In this document: positions 8,161 through 17,876 of the stretch, one piece after another
Layout of the letters: each line of letters begins with the position of its first letter
Numbering within the stretch: position 1 is the first letter of the stretch
IMG/VR virus record: IMGVR_UViG_3300008807_000159
Coordinates: 1 to 49,654 of that record
Length of the DNA: 49,654 bases
Direction: 5' to 3' (one strand)
Origin: a virus
Position numbers and translations under genes: made by a program
Notes under the pieces: model-generated
What the model saw: the letters and a program-made list of their open reading frames with translations, nothing else
The model's database searches: none
Told to the model about the DNA's origin: nothing

Positions 8161-9389
8161 AGGGCGGACGACATGGCAGATTGGTAGTCGTAACGGTCAA
8201 GCTTGATCAGCGGTGAGATGCTGTAGCGGATTGAATCTATCCAGTGGTTGTTGGCGTCGACAAGAACGGCGAGGATATCGCCAGTCAGTCGGTCGACCTT
8301 GTAGCTGTAGAGGCGCATTTCGGTAATCGTGTTGGTGCAGCGCGGATGCACGACAATCTCGCGGAAGGCGCGCAGGAATCGGATGCCGTCGTCGACGCTG
8401 CCCTGCCACTTGTCGGCGCCGATCGCCTTAGGCAGCCCCGATCGCGTCAGGATGCTGATCGAGCCAGGCGAGGCGCTATCCCACCTGCTGACGTGATCGG
8501 CATAGCCCGGAATCTCCTCGGTCACCCTTTGAGCGATGTCGTCAAGCTCGATGCCACGCCCGCCGGCCTCATGGCTGACATAGAGCGTGTCACCGTGAAT
8601 ATAGGTTCGGACAGCCGCAGCGGGATCCTGCGCATATCCGAAGTCACCGCCCTGGTACGGCCCGTCCCAATAATCGGCGGGTTCGAACTCGGCAACGCGC
8701 CATTTGCCGGAGAATACTTGGGCCGCCGAATTGACCAGATAGGCGCCGTCCCAGACATGGGCATAGGTGGCCGGGTCGAGGCGCGCCTGCTCGCGTCGGC
8801 GAAGCTTGTCGAGGCCGGCGGGGAAGAACGGGTTGTCCGACCAGTTCATTTCTACGGTGATGGCGTTGGTCGGCGGATTTTTCCGAAACCGCATGTCCAC
8901 AGGGCTGCCGTCGAGGCGCGGATTCCATAGCGCCCAAAGCTCGGACTTGGGCTGACGAAAGACGGTGGCCTCGAGCGCGAGCCACGACGCCTCGGGAACG
9001 TCCTCGGCTTCTTCGACGATGGTCAGGTCGATCTTGGCGAGCGACTTAATCGTGTTGACGCTATGCCTGAGCCCGCGAAACAGAAACTCGGTCCCGTTGC
9101 GTCCACGCAGATAGTCGACACCGACGTCGTAATGATCTTCGAGCCACGGGTAGGAGGCGATGGCTGCCTTCAATTCGGCGTGGAACGACTCCTTGATGCT
9201 GGCCTGAAACTCGCGGGTGCAGAGGACGCGGATCGGTTCGGCATAGCCCCAGATGGCGGCCATGAGCGCGGCCGAAAAGGATTTACCCGACCCGCGCCCC
9301 CCGTGCATGTTCCGGTATTGCACCGCGCCCCGTTCGAGCGCGAACATTGGGACGAGCTTGGGGGGGAGTTGGATGCGGGCTTCGGTCAC
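8157..9389 (-). CDS. terL: Terminase large subunit (PBSX-like)
   Basis: 410 aa. Walker A GGRGSGKS and Walker B-like LTIVEEAED. Follows the small subunit with an overlapping start. Confidence 0.9.
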   Translation of the reverse strand: MTEARIQLPPKLVPMFALERGAVQYRNMHGGRGSGKSFSAALMAAIWGYAEPIRVLCTREFQASIKESFHAELKAAIASYPWLEDHYDVGVDYLRGRNGTEFLFRGLRHSVNTIKSLAKIDLTIVEEAEDVPEASWLALEATVFRQPKSELWALWNPRLDGSPVDMRFRKNPPTNAITVEMNWSDNPFFPAGLDKLRRREQARLDPATYAHVWDGAYLVNSAAQVFSGKWRVAEFEPADYWDGPYQGGDFGYAQDPAAAVRTYIHGDTLYVSHEAGGRGIELDDIAQRVTEEIPGYADHVSRWDSASPGSISILTRSGLPKAIGADKWQGSVDDGIRFLRAFREIVVHPRCTNTITEMRLYSYKVDRLTGDILAVLVDANNHWIDSIRYSISPLIKLDRYDYQSAMSSAL

Positions 9390-9775
9390 TTCGCCGCTTC
9401 GATGACGATCTTGGTCACTTTCGGCGTCATGCTGCCGTCGGAAGAACGATGGTCCTGTTTGTCGATAATCAGGCCCAGCACCTTGGCCTTACCCATTGTG
9501 GCAGACACCATGGCTGCGGGCGCCTCCATTTCTTTTGCGAAGGCCCGGTCTTCATCAAGCTGGCGAGCGATATCCGCCGCCGTGACGACCGCCTTTTCGG
9601 CGGCGGCATTCTTCAGTTCGGCCACCCGAGCAGCGACCTTACCATTTGATACCAGCCGGGACGCATGGCTTTCATTAGGTTTGAAACCCGCCGCCCTGTA
9701 AGCATCGAGCTGCGATTTTCCCTTCGCGAGTTCCTGCGCGAACTTCTCATGGCGCGAGTTTTTGAGGACGCTCAC
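9386..9775 (-). CDS. terS: Terminase small subunit
   Basis: 129 aa. N-terminal NSRHEKFAQELAKGKSQLDAYRAAGF pattern is typical of P27-type small terminases. Confidence 0.75.
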   Translation of the reverse strand: MSVLKNSRHEKFAQELAKGKSQLDAYRAAGFKPNESHASRLVSNGKVAARVAELKNAAAEKAVVTAADIARQLDEDRAFAKEMEAPAAMVSATMGKAKVLGLIIDKQDHRSSDGSMTPKVTKIVIEAAK

Positions 9776-10158
9776 CGTTCCACCCTCGCCATAGCCGCCC
9801 GGCGAAACTGATCTCGACCAGCAGGGCTAAGCCTGTTCCAACGATCCGCCATCGATGCCAGCGTGATTTCATCCGCCAATTCCGGCGTCAGGGAGAACCA
9901 TTCCCCATGCGTCCGCAGATGAGCCCAGCGGCGATGCCATTCAGTCTCGACTGATGAGCCCCCCGCAACCGACCCGATGAATTCCAGCGAGACGGGCGAC
10001 ATGAGCGCAACCTCGGCAAATCGTCGCCCCGGTTGAAAGCTGGTGCCGATCTTGATCATTCCCACTGACGGTGCGGAAAGGAAATACACGCGGTCGCCGA
10101 TCTCGCGCGCCACGTCCTGATGAACTTCGGTCGCGTTCATGAATTCGACGCTGATCAC
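9772..10158 (-). CDS. T5orf172 / GIY-YIG-like domain protein
   Basis: 128 aa with IKIGTS...RRFAE...EWHRRWAHLRTHGEWF, the T5orf172 signature. Confidence 0.6.
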   Translation of the reverse strand: MISVEFMNATEVHQDVAREIGDRVYFLSAPSVGMIKIGTSFQPGRRFAEVALMSPVSLEFIGSVAGGSSVETEWHRRWAHLRTHGEWFSLTPELADEITLASMADRWNRLSPAGRDQFRRAAMARVER

Positions 10159-10388
10159 CGCATTGCCCTTTCCCGATCCATCTCACGCGCCCGGTCAAGC
10201 AGCGCGAGATTGCCCATTCGATATTCGCGGCCCATGTCGGTGAGCGCATGGCCGCCGCAGATGTGAAACCAGTTGCGCAGGACATCAGTCCGCGAGCCGT
10301 ACATGCGCTCGACCTTGCGCCATCCACCGCGAACGAAGTTCTCGACGAAGTGAGGCGGGGGAGGCTTGGCCTTTCGCTCCATCAGCAT
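10155..10388 (-). CDS. Hypothetical protein
   Basis: 77-aa ORF coupled to both neighbours by overlaps. Confidence 0.5.
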   Translation of the reverse strand: MLMERKAKPPPPHFVENFVRGGWRKVERMYGSRTDVLRNWFHICGGHALTDMGREYRMGNLALLDRAREMDRERAMR

Positions 10389-10993
10389 AGGTCGATGTCC
10401 TCGTAACCGGCCTCGGCCGCCTCAGCGATGGCATCGGCTAGATATTCTCGGACCTCTTTCGTCTCGCCGTTCCAGAGGAACTGCAGCTTCTTCATCGCCT
10501 TGGTTTCACGGTCATCGTGATTGGCGTCGGCGACTTGGAGAAGCCCGAGGTCGATCTTGCGCAGGCGGGCTATGGTGCGGAGTTTGGCGCAGGGGATTTT
10601 CTCCGATGCCGCCTGTTCGAGCAGCGCATCTCCGTCTGCAGGGGGAAGCGCGGCGACCTCGGCGTGATGCGTGAACGAAACATCCTCACGTCGACGTGAG
10701 GTTTCGAAAGATCGCGAGATCGAGCCCAGGTTCTGAAGGCCGCCAAAGCTCAGCCCCCAAATCCCCTCCGCAGCCATCTTCGCCCGCTCACCATAGCGAT
10801 GCTCACCGAACGCCCACCAATCGCCTATCCACCAATTGATGACGCGCTCACGGGCAAAGAGCCGGCGCCCTATCGCCTGCCAGTCTTCGAAGCTGGTTTC
10901 GGCGGGAATGGTGAGGGACAGGCTGCCGTCGTCGAGAGTGACGATGCCAGGATCATTGTCGGCGACGATGGAAAGAGCGGCGGACGAATTCAT
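10382..10993 (-). CDS. Hypothetical protein (Trp-rich WWIGDWWAFGEHRYGER motif)
   Basis: 203-aa ORF with high GC3. No family recognised. Confidence 0.6.
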   Translation of the reverse strand: MNSSAALSIVADNDPGIVTLDDGSLSLTIPAETSFEDWQAIGRRLFARERVINWWIGDWWAFGEHRYGERAKMAAEGIWGLSFGGLQNLGSISRSFETSRRREDVSFTHHAEVAALPPADGDALLEQAASEKIPCAKLRTIARLRKIDLGLLQVADANHDDRETKAMKKLQFLWNGETKEVREYLADAIAEAAEAGYEDIDLC

Positions 10994-11238
10994 AAAACCC
11001 CCTTGGATTGACGGCTGGCGAAAATGGCGTGGACCCCATGCGGCAGGACGGTGATCACCGAGCCATTGCGCATGACTGCTCGGTGACCGGTGGGCAGGAT
11101 CACGGCACAGCGTCCGAAATCGATCGCGGCTTGGAAGGCGCGGGTGGACAGCGCGGATATGACATCGGATTCAGGGAGATCACGGACCCGTTCCCGATAT
11201 CGCATCAGGGCATGATCGGTGATGCGCAGGTCAGGCAT
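10990..11238 (-). CDS. Hypothetical protein
   Basis: 82-aa ORF whose start overlaps the upstream stop (ATGCCTGA). Confidence 0.5.
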   Translation of the reverse strand: MPDLRITDHALMRYRERVRDLPESDVISALSTRAFQAAIDFGRCAVILPTGHRAVMRNGSVITVLPHGVHAIFASRQSKGVL

Positions 11239-11386
11239 GGATCATCGCCCGCTGAGCGAACTCGACGCACTGACGGGCGTAAGTGCGATCGACCTTCCAC
11301 GTCGGGAACAGCCGGCGCAGATCGTCAAGGGTGATCTTGCCCTGTCGGAAGTCGATGAGATCGAGGTGGAGTTTCATGGCGGTCAT
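11231..11386 (-). CDS. Small hypothetical protein (51 aa)
   Basis: Hand-translated as MTAMKLHLDLIDFRQGKITLDDLRRLFPTWKVDRTYARQCVEFAQRAMIHA. Too short for the ORF track. Confidence 0.4.
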   Translation of the reverse strand: MTAMKLHLDLIDFRQGKITLDDLRRLFPTWKVDRTYARQCVEFAQRAMIHA

Positions 11387-11414
11387 GCCATCAACTCCGC
11401 CGAGAAGATCGATG

Positions 11415-11750
11415 TCAGTCGGAGGTGTCGTACTTTCTTAATTCCGCGCGAATTGATGCTACCGCGCTTTTCTCGTCCTCCCAGGCCACATCGAGGCCGC
11501 TGCAATGACCGTTCGGGAACAGGACGAAATCCTTCATCCGTCCGCCCGTGCCCCCGTAGGGGCCGGTCATTGTGATCGGCACGGGCGATCCATTCGACAG
11601 CACTCCCCAAAGCACCACAGGTTCTTTGAACACCGCGTCCGGTTCGACCATGCAGTAATAAATTCCCGGACCGGCAGGATGTGTCGCGTGGATAGTGATA
11701 AAATCCCCATCCTTTGCGTTGCTCAGAATATAGTCGTCGCTCTTGGTCAT
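11415..11750 (-). CDS. Hypothetical protein
   Basis: 111-aa ORF directly downstream of the iteron region. Confidence 0.55.
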   Translation of the reverse strand: MTKSDDYILSNAKDGDFITIHATHPAGPGIYYCMVEPDAVFKEPVVLWGVLSNGSPVPITMTGPYGGTGGRMKDFVLFPNGHCSGLDVAWEDEKSAVASIRAELRKYDTSD

Positions 11751-11968
11751 GTTCCGTCCGTTCCTTCTTTTTCAGCCCTATTAGGATATCTCTCCAGACA
11801 ATCCCTTCTTTAATCTCTTTATAGGTTGGAACAGTAGGAACAAAGGGGTTAAGTTGCTGAAAAAACAATGTTCCAACCCGTTCCGACCGTTCCAACCTCA
11901 AGGGCTTTGGCAACAGGGGGGCGCATCGGGAACCCCGATAAAAACCGAAAGGTCGGAACGGATGGAAC
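11751..11968. repeat. Iteron cluster / candidate replication origin
   Basis: GTTCC-core repeats at 11751, 11760, 11870, 11880 and 11889. Inverted GGAAC-core repeats GGTTGGAAC 11824, GTAGGAAC 11834, GGTCGGAAC 11951 and GATGGAAC 11961. An AT-rich stretch at 11765-11823 lies between them. Confidence 0.55.
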
Positions 11969-11981
11969 GGGGATGGCACAG

Positions 11982-13157
11982 TCACCTCTCCCATATCCAT
12001 CGCGGTTTTTTATTCGCCGACCCGACCCGAGATTTAACGCTGCGAAAGCCGAGTTCTTTCAGGACGTCAGCAACGCGCATCTCCTTTTCCTTGTCGCGGC
12101 GTTCATATTCTATGCCGAGCAATTGAAGGGCGTCATTGCCAGTGATCCGGGCGATCCCGCCTAGCTTCTCTTCGAGGACGAAAATCCAAGGGTCAGTTTG
12201 ATGGCGATCGGCCTGGGCCTCCTCTGCGGCACCCACTTCATCGCCTTCCAGCCACCAGCGCTCCTCAGATAGGTATCGATGATATGCCTCCGCCCAAAGC
12301 TGATCTCGGCGCTGCCTCAGGCCTTCGATATCCACCTTCGTGACGGTGATCGGCCAATAACGCCGGTTGCCGGTATTATCCGTCAAATAGCCGATGCCGC
12401 CGGGATTGATCGTTCCCCAAAATACGATCCTGCGGGGAAGATCCGACAGCGTCCGTCCATAGGGCAATTGGACGCGATCGGTTCGCATCGAGATCAGGCC
12501 CTTAACGGCGCCCGCATGGGACTTTGCGACTGCGACGAATTCAGCCAGTTCGACGCACCACGCACCCATCATCTGCACGGCGAGCTGACGATGATTGTCG
12601 AACCCTGAAACAAACTCGTAGGCGTACTGAGGCGTGAACAGCTCTTGTATGGCCGACGATTTTCGAATGCCTTGCGGGCCTTCCAGCACGACCATCGTAT
12701 CCACTTGGCAACCCGGATTCATGACACGTGCCACCGCGGCGATGAGCGCCTTCGTGCCTACCAGCGATGTAAACTCATCCCTCGGTGCGCCGAGAAGTTC
12801 CTGCATCCATCGATGAAGCCGCTTTGTCCCGTCCCATTGAAGGGACGTCAGATAATCGACGATCGGGTTATAGCTGTTCTCATACGCGACGCGGATGACG
12901 CCGGGGCGGACATCCTTCTCGGGCGGCTGAAATCCTTCGCGCTCTATAATGAGGCGAATGTCGATGAAGTCGTGATCTTCGAGTTTGCGCCCTCGCCATT
13001 CAGGACACTGCGTCTGCTCATTGAACCGGATGTTTTTTCCGAGTTCAGGCAGGTGTCGGAGGTGCACCATCAGGTTTGTAAGGTTCTTCTTCACCCCACG
13101 CTCACCCATATCCAGGTGATGACGCCAAGCGTTCAACTCTACGACGTTGCTCATCAT
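11982..13157 (-). CDS. VapE/VirE-family replication protein (P-loop primase-helicase-like)
   Basis: Start taken at ATG 13157 (MMSNVVELN...), an ATGA overlap with the upstream stop. Walker A LEGPQGIRKSS. The ORF-track N-terminal extension to 13412 overlaps the upstream gene. Confidence 0.75.
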   Translation of the reverse strand: MMSNVVELNAWRHHLDMGERGVKKNLTNLMVHLRHLPELGKNIRFNEQTQCPEWRGRKLEDHDFIDIRLIIEREGFQPPEKDVRPGVIRVAYENSYNPIVDYLTSLQWDGTKRLHRWMQELLGAPRDEFTSLVGTKALIAAVARVMNPGCQVDTMVVLEGPQGIRKSSAIQELFTPQYAYEFVSGFDNHRQLAVQMMGAWCVELAEFVAVAKSHAGAVKGLISMRTDRVQLPYGRTLSDLPRRIVFWGTINPGGIGYLTDNTGNRRYWPITVTKVDIEGLRQRRDQLWAEAYHRYLSEERWWLEGDEVGAAEEAQADRHQTDPWIFVLEEKLGGIARITGNDALQLLGIEYERRDKEKEMRVADVLKELGFRSVKSRVGSANKKPRWIWER

Positions 13158-13921
13158 GCCGCGCTCCTGAAGTTCATTGGGGCGTGCACGCGGGTGTTCG
13201 GCTTGCGCAGGACGCGATTGAGGGATTTGACGTCGATTCCTTCGCCGGCGGTGATGAAGTCCGAGGCGGGCCAATCGATCTTGTCGAGTTTGCCGAGAGC
13301 GAGCGCCGAGGGCGGCAGGCCGATCCATGTCGAGGGGATGTTGGCGATGCGCCGGGCATTTTGCGCGGCTCGTACGAATTCGAGCCTGTGCCGTGCGAAA
13401 TCGCGCGCCCATGCCTTCGCGTCGGCGTGGACGGTGAAACGCTGCGTATTCGCGGGCTCGATAAGCTGGGGCTGCTTATCCTTGTATATCTGGACTGCGC
13501 CGGTTTTCGGGTCGATCAGGACGAGCGTGTCAATCGGCGTAAGGTCGATCGCCATCGGGGAGGGCGCGCGAACCGCGACACCAAGTTTCCAGCCGTCGAG
13601 ATTGACGGGCGTCATTCCGCCGAGTGCGAGGCTGGGCGTTGTTGCCGGATTGAGATCGAGCGCGCGGCACTTCCATGCGTGCGCGGACTCACGGGAATGG
13701 CGTTCGCGGCGCTGACTGGTCCGGAACAGCTTGTCGGCCGTGTCGGGCTGGTGGTCGTCGAGAATATCGTGGATTGTGGCGATGACGATTTGCAGGCGGC
13801 GGACATCCGCCATCGACTTCATGGGCGTAGCGAGCGCACGTTCGATAGGCTCGAAAGCCTGCCGCGTCGCGAGTTCCGCCGCATAGGGGCTGGCCATGAT
13901 GATGTCGCGTCGGCGGGTCAC
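13154..13921 (-). CDS. Hypothetical replication-module protein
   Basis: 255-aa ORF. Its GTG start overlaps the VRR-NUC stop (GTGA). Confidence 0.55.
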   Translation of the reverse strand: MTRRRDIIMASPYAAELATRQAFEPIERALATPMKSMADVRRLQIVIATIHDILDDHQPDTADKLFRTSQRRERHSRESAHAWKCRALDLNPATTPSLALGGMTPVNLDGWKLGVAVRAPSPMAIDLTPIDTLVLIDPKTGAVQIYKDKQPQLIEPANTQRFTVHADAKAWARDFARHRLEFVRAAQNARRIANIPSTWIGLPPSALALGKLDKIDWPASDFITAGEGIDVKSLNRVLRKPNTRVHAPMNFRSAA

Positions 13922-14241
13922 AGCAAGCCCTCCGTTGTGAGGCGGTGACGAACGTCGTCGACGGAGTAAGCCGGGAACGCGATGCCACCTGCACGGATGA
14001 CGGCCTGCGCGAATTTCTGCTGGTCCGGCTTGAGCCTATCCTTCCCGATCTTGGCGTCGATCGCGACGAAGCGCGTCTTTATGCAAGCCGCGATGTCGAG
14101 GCGGCCCTTTTTGCCGACCTTGACCGGGCGACGGTTCTTGTCGAACAGCAGGCCGGGCGTCTCGACATGGATCGACATGCCGCCGATCTCCGAGATGAAG
14201 ATGCGGATTTCCTTCACGAGATCGTCGTGGGCGGCGCTCAT
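13918..14241 (-). CDS. VRR-NUC domain nuclease
   Basis: 107 aa. The segment ...RLDIAACIKTRFVAIDAKIGKDRLKPDQQKF... fits the PD-(D/E)xK VRR-NUC pattern. Confidence 0.7.
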   Translation of the reverse strand: MSAAHDDLVKEIRIFISEIGGMSIHVETPGLLFDKNRRPVKVGKKGRLDIAACIKTRFVAIDAKIGKDRLKPDQQKFAQAVIRAGGIAFPAYSVDDVRHRLTTEGLL

Positions 14242-15353
14242 TGGATCACCGTCACTTTCTCGGCAGCCCGGGTGACGGCGGTGTAGAGCCAGTTTGAACG
14301 GGCATCGCGAAATGCGCCGCTCTCATCGAACACGATGACGTGATCCCACTGGCTGCCCTGCGATTTGTGACAGGTGATGGCCCAGCCGAAGGTGAATTCG
14401 TCGTACTTCTGGCGTTCGCGCCATTCGATTTTATGCTCGGCGCCAACGAAGAATTCCTCGGCGACTTCTACGGTCAGCGGGTCGCGGTCTTCGTCCAGCG
14501 ACGTGACCTCGATAGACAGGCATCCGAACTTGTCGGCAACGCTGTCCGCCATCCACATGCCGCCGTTAAAAATGCTCTTGGCGCGCTTGTTTTTGAGGCA
14601 GATCAGCTTGTCGCCGACGGTCGGGTGGAAATCCTCGGCATCACCAGCCAATTCCTTCAGCGCGCGAATGCGGCGGTTATAGGCGACGCGCGTCCGATTC
14701 ATGCCGCATAGCAACTGGTCGGATGACAGGACAAGTTCGCGCAAATTGTCGTGCCCGATGTCGACGCGCGCGGTGACGAGGCTGTCACCATATGCGCCAG
14801 CCTGAAGGCGATTGCCCTCGCGGATGTCCATGCTCATGCGGATGATCGGGTTTTCTGCCGCCTGGCGATGGACCTCGGTCAGCATGACGTCAGGCGCCGA
14901 ATTGATGAAGAATCCCTCATCCTTGACGGGCGGCAACTGCGCCGGATCGCCGAGAACGAGAATGCGCTTGCCAAAGCTCAGAAGGTCTTTGGCCAGTTCG
15001 CCGCCGACCATCGAAACTTCGTCGACGATAAGGAGGGCGGCATCGCAAAGATCACTCTCGTCGTTTAGCGTGAAGGTCACCTCGCCGGTGCGCTCGTTGA
15101 CCTCGACCTTGTAAATCAGCGAATGGATCGTCGATGCATCGTCGCAGCCCTTTTTCCGAAGGACGAGCGCGGCCTTGCCGGTGAATGTGGCATAGAGGAC
15201 CGAGCCTTTGACGGTTTCGGCGAGTTCCTTGGCGAGCGTCGTCTTTCCCGTCCCGGCATATCCGAACAGCCGGAACACCTGCTTGCCGCGTGGATCGGCC
15301 AGCCATGCCTTGACGTCCGCGATCGCGCGTTCCTGTTGCGGTGACCAGCTCAT
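14238..15353 (-). CDS. SF1 DNA helicase (RecD/Dda/PIF1-like)
   Basis: 371 aa. Walker A GYAGTGKTT and Walker B LLIVDEVSM. C-terminal ITCHKSQGSQWD motif. Confidence 0.85.
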   Translation of the reverse strand: MSWSPQQERAIADVKAWLADPRGKQVFRLFGYAGTGKTTLAKELAETVKGSVLYATFTGKAALVLRKKGCDDASTIHSLIYKVEVNERTGEVTFTLNDESDLCDAALLIVDEVSMVGGELAKDLLSFGKRILVLGDPAQLPPVKDEGFFINSAPDVMLTEVHRQAAENPIIRMSMDIREGNRLQAGAYGDSLVTARVDIGHDNLRELVLSSDQLLCGMNRTRVAYNRRIRALKELAGDAEDFHPTVGDKLICLKNKRAKSIFNGGMWMADSVADKFGCLSIEVTSLDEDRDPLTVEVAEEFFVGAEHKIEWRERQKYDEFTFGWAITCHKSQGSQWDHVIVFDESGAFRDARSNWLYTAVTRAAEKVTVIQ

Positions 15354-16957
15354 GCGGCCATCTCCATGCCGATCTCAGCCAGCACCGACCTTGTCATCAC
15401 CTCAGGATGTTCGCGCTCGATCCACTGGAACACAGACGGCTTCTCGGCGCGGATCCACATCAGTGCCGCAACAGCGCCCTTCGACGCCGCGGGCATCCCT
15501 TCCTTGCGATAGGCTTTCACCTGCATCGGGGTCAGGCCGATCGAGTCCGCGAATTGCTGGGCCTCGATACGGCCCTGAATTACGTGTCGGGCCCAAGCCT
15601 CGGGATGTTTCTGACCCCGAGAGCGTGCGACACGAATAAGGTCTTCGAGCGTTTCCGCCTGTCCCTGCTCGCGCTTCCGGTCCTGCATCTCAGCCCGGCG
15701 CAGCGCCTCGACGTCGATCTCTTTCAGCTCGCCATCGACCTGCTCGATCTCGCGAACCGGCGCGACATAGACGTGACCGCAATTCGGGCACTCTGGCACC
15801 GGACGGAACACGGCAAAGCATTCGGGACAGGTGCGGATCGCGACTTCGGATTTCTCACCGGCCTTCCGCTTTTCGCGATCTTCCAAAGACCATGTGCGAT
15901 CGTCATCTGGAAAGCCATGCCCCTGTCCGTTCAGCTCGCGCGGGAGGCTGTTGCCGGCATGGTCGAGAATGATCGCATAATCTTTGCCCGGCGCGGGACG
16001 AAGCGCGCGACCGACCTGTTGGAGATAGAGCGATAGGGATTTGGTCGGCCGCAGCAGAATGACGGCCTCGATCGCGGGGACATCGAAGCCCTCGCCGAAC
16101 AGCTCGCAGTTCGACAGGACGAGCGTTTCGCCTGTGATGAAACGCTGGATCGCGGCATCGCGGGTCGTCGTGTCCATACTGCCGTCGACATGCTCGGCGG
16201 CGATACCGGCCAATTGGAACTGCTGGACGATATGACGCGAATGCTCAATATTGACGGCAAAAGCTACGGCGCGCTTGCCGGGGCAAAGCTTCTGATAATG
16301 CTTCACGGCATCGCCGACGATCGACGGTTTGTCCATTACGTCGGCCAGTTCATCGCGCTTCAGGTCGCCATGCTGGGTGCCAACCGATGACAGGTCAGGA
16401 ACGTGCGGCGCGAACAGGCGATATTTCGACAGAGCGCCGGCTTCGATTAATTCCTTGACCGTTGGGCCGTTGATCATGTGCCCGAACCAGCGACCGAGCC
16501 CGACGCCATCGAGGCGCCAAGGTGTTGCAGTCAGGCCGATGATTTTCGCGTCGGGGAAAGCGTCGAAAATCTGTTGCCACTGCCCCGCGCCGAGGTGGTG
16601 GCATTCGTCGAAGATGATCAGATCGGGTGCGGGGAGTTTGTCGAGCCGGCGCGCTACGGTCTGGATCGAGCCAATTTGCACCAGCTTGTGCGGGTCGGTC
16701 GAATGTCCGCCCTGGATGATGCCGTGAACGATGCCCATGCTCGCGAAGGTGCGGCTCGTCTGGCCGATAAGTTCGCGGCGATGGGTCAGCCACCAGCAGA
16801 CTTTGCCCTTCTGCGCGGCGCCGTGGATCATGTAGGAGCCCGAGACTGTCTTGCCGCCGCCCGTTGCGAGCTGCAGAAGGATCGCGCGGATACGGTCACG
16901 GAAGCCGTCGCGGGCGCCGTCGAGCAGGGTTTGCTGATAGGGGCGGAGATGGATCAC
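15350..16957 (-). CDS. SF2 DEAD/DEAH-box helicase with C-terminal zinc ribbon
   Basis: GTG start at 16957 overlaps the upstream stop (GTGA). Motifs LATGGGKT, IIFDECHH and CPECFAVFRPVPECPNCGH. Confidence 0.85.
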   Translation of the reverse strand: MIHLRPYQQTLLDGARDGFRDRIRAILLQLATGGGKTVSGSYMIHGAAQKGKVCWWLTHRRELIGQTSRTFASMGIVHGIIQGGHSTDPHKLVQIGSIQTVARRLDKLPAPDLIIFDECHHLGAGQWQQIFDAFPDAKIIGLTATPWRLDGVGLGRWFGHMINGPTVKELIEAGALSKYRLFAPHVPDLSSVGTQHGDLKRDELADVMDKPSIVGDAVKHYQKLCPGKRAVAFAVNIEHSRHIVQQFQLAGIAAEHVDGSMDTTTRDAAIQRFITGETLVLSNCELFGEGFDVPAIEAVILLRPTKSLSLYLQQVGRALRPAPGKDYAIILDHAGNSLPRELNGQGHGFPDDDRTWSLEDREKRKAGEKSEVAIRTCPECFAVFRPVPECPNCGHVYVAPVREIEQVDGELKEIDVEALRRAEMQDRKREQGQAETLEDLIRVARSRGQKHPEAWARHVIQGRIEAQQFADSIGLTPMQVKAYRKEGMPAASKGAVAALMWIRAEKPSVFQWIEREHPEVMTRSVLAEIGMEMAA

Positions 16958-17136
16958 AACCCAAAGGCCCCCGCCAACCGCCGTGTATGCTCGACGGAAA
17001 GATTGTATTGGCGCGCGACCTGCTCGGCAGGCTGACCCGATCGCACGCGGCGGCGGATGTCGGCATTGCGCGAACAGTCGGCGTTCCAGCGTTCGTAGCG
17101 CTGCGAGGTCCGGGCGAAGAGGTCGAGGCGGTTCAT
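16954..17136 (-). CDS. Small HTH protein
   Basis: 60 aa. ADIRRRVRSGQPAEQVARQYNLSVEHTRRL resembles a resolvase/sigma-type HTH. Confidence 0.5.
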   Translation of the reverse strand: MNRLDLFARTSQRYERWNADCSRNADIRRRVRSGQPAEQVARQYNLSVEHTRRLAGAFGL

Positions 17137-17876
17137 GCGGCCGCTCCTTCAAGGAACAAATCACCTTGCCGCTGAGCGTCCTCGATGCGCTGGCAGGCGA
17201 TGTCGAAAAAACGGGCGTCCTGTTCGATACCGATGAACCGGCGCGCCAAAGCTGTGGCTGCTACTCCGGTCGTCCCGCTGCCCATGAATGGGTCTAGGAT
17301 GATCTGTTCGGGCTGCGTAAAATCCCCGATGATTTCGCTCATCAGGCGCCGCGGCTTCTCCGTGGGGTGCTCGCCGTGGCGTTCTGGATTGTTGACGCAG
17401 TGCGTGTAAACGCCTCGCTTTCCGCTGGCATTCCAGTTCGCATGGCCGCTACCGGCCCACGCGCAAACGAACATTTCGGCACCGGACGCCGGGCCTTGAC
17501 CGTTAAACTGCGGCGTCGAATCCGGTTTCACCCAGACGCAGGCGCGCTTGTATTTCAGCGCACTCTCGTTGATCTCGTCAGCCCAGCGGCCAACGCCCTC
17601 TGGCGTGCAAAAAGCGATGAACCAACCTTGGCTCTTTGCGCCCATGTCAACGACCTGCCTGCGGATCGCGTCGATGGGAGCGAAATTCAAGGGGCGTCCG
17701 AGTCTGGTCGACGCGCCCTTGAGGTTTCCCTTGGGCACTGAACCGATCGCCGCCTGTGTGATCGCCTCATACGGCGGGTCGGTAATCAGATGGGCGACAG
17801 GCCCGAGCGTCGGCACGATTTCGAGCGCGTCACCCTGATAGAGCGTAGCGCGGCCTATGGTGACGGGCTGGCTCAT
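17133..17876 (-). CDS. DNA methyltransferase, N6-adenine/N4-cytosine type (beta class)
   Basis: 247 aa. DPPY motif (ITDPPYE) lies N-terminal to the AdoMet motif ILDPFMGSGTT. Confidence 0.85.
   Translation of the reverse strand: MSQPVTIGRATLYQGDALEIVPTLGPVAHLITDPPYEAITQAAIGSVPKGNLKGASTRLGRPLNFAPIDAIRRQVVDMGAKSQGWFIAFCTPEGVGRWADEINESALKYKRACVWVKPDSTPQFNGQGPASGAEMFVCAWAGSGHANWNASGKRGVYTHCVNNPERHGEHPTEKPRRLMSEIIGDFTQPEQIILDPFMGSGTTGVAATALARRFIGIEQDARFFDIACQRIEDAQRQGDLFLEGAAA

Noticed and set aside
10990-11386. Overlapping 51-aa/82-aa gene pair as a toxin-antitoxin module
   Set aside because: No recognisable toxin or antitoxin motif. The overlap style is the same as everywhere else in the operon.
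11383-12000. 205-aa minus-strand ORF spanning the iteron region
   Set aside because: It overlaps the better 111-aa ORF and runs through the repeat/AT-rich region. The translation is low-complexity.
12645-13715. 356-aa plus-strand ORF over the VapE-like and upstream genes (similar cases: 37628-38494, 42065-42874, 43070-43975, 8244-8930)
   Set aside because: It is antisense to genes with clear Walker and domain motifs. Composition is typical of out-of-frame high-GC sequence, and it has no SD or operon logic.
16958-17164. N-terminal extensions of the SF2 helicase (to 17164), the VapE-like gene (to 13412), the regulator at 4509 (to 5069), and int, cI and exo track ORFs
   Set aside because: The extensions overlap the upstream genes in another frame. 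Internal ATG/GTG starts give the 4-nt overlaps used throughout this genome.
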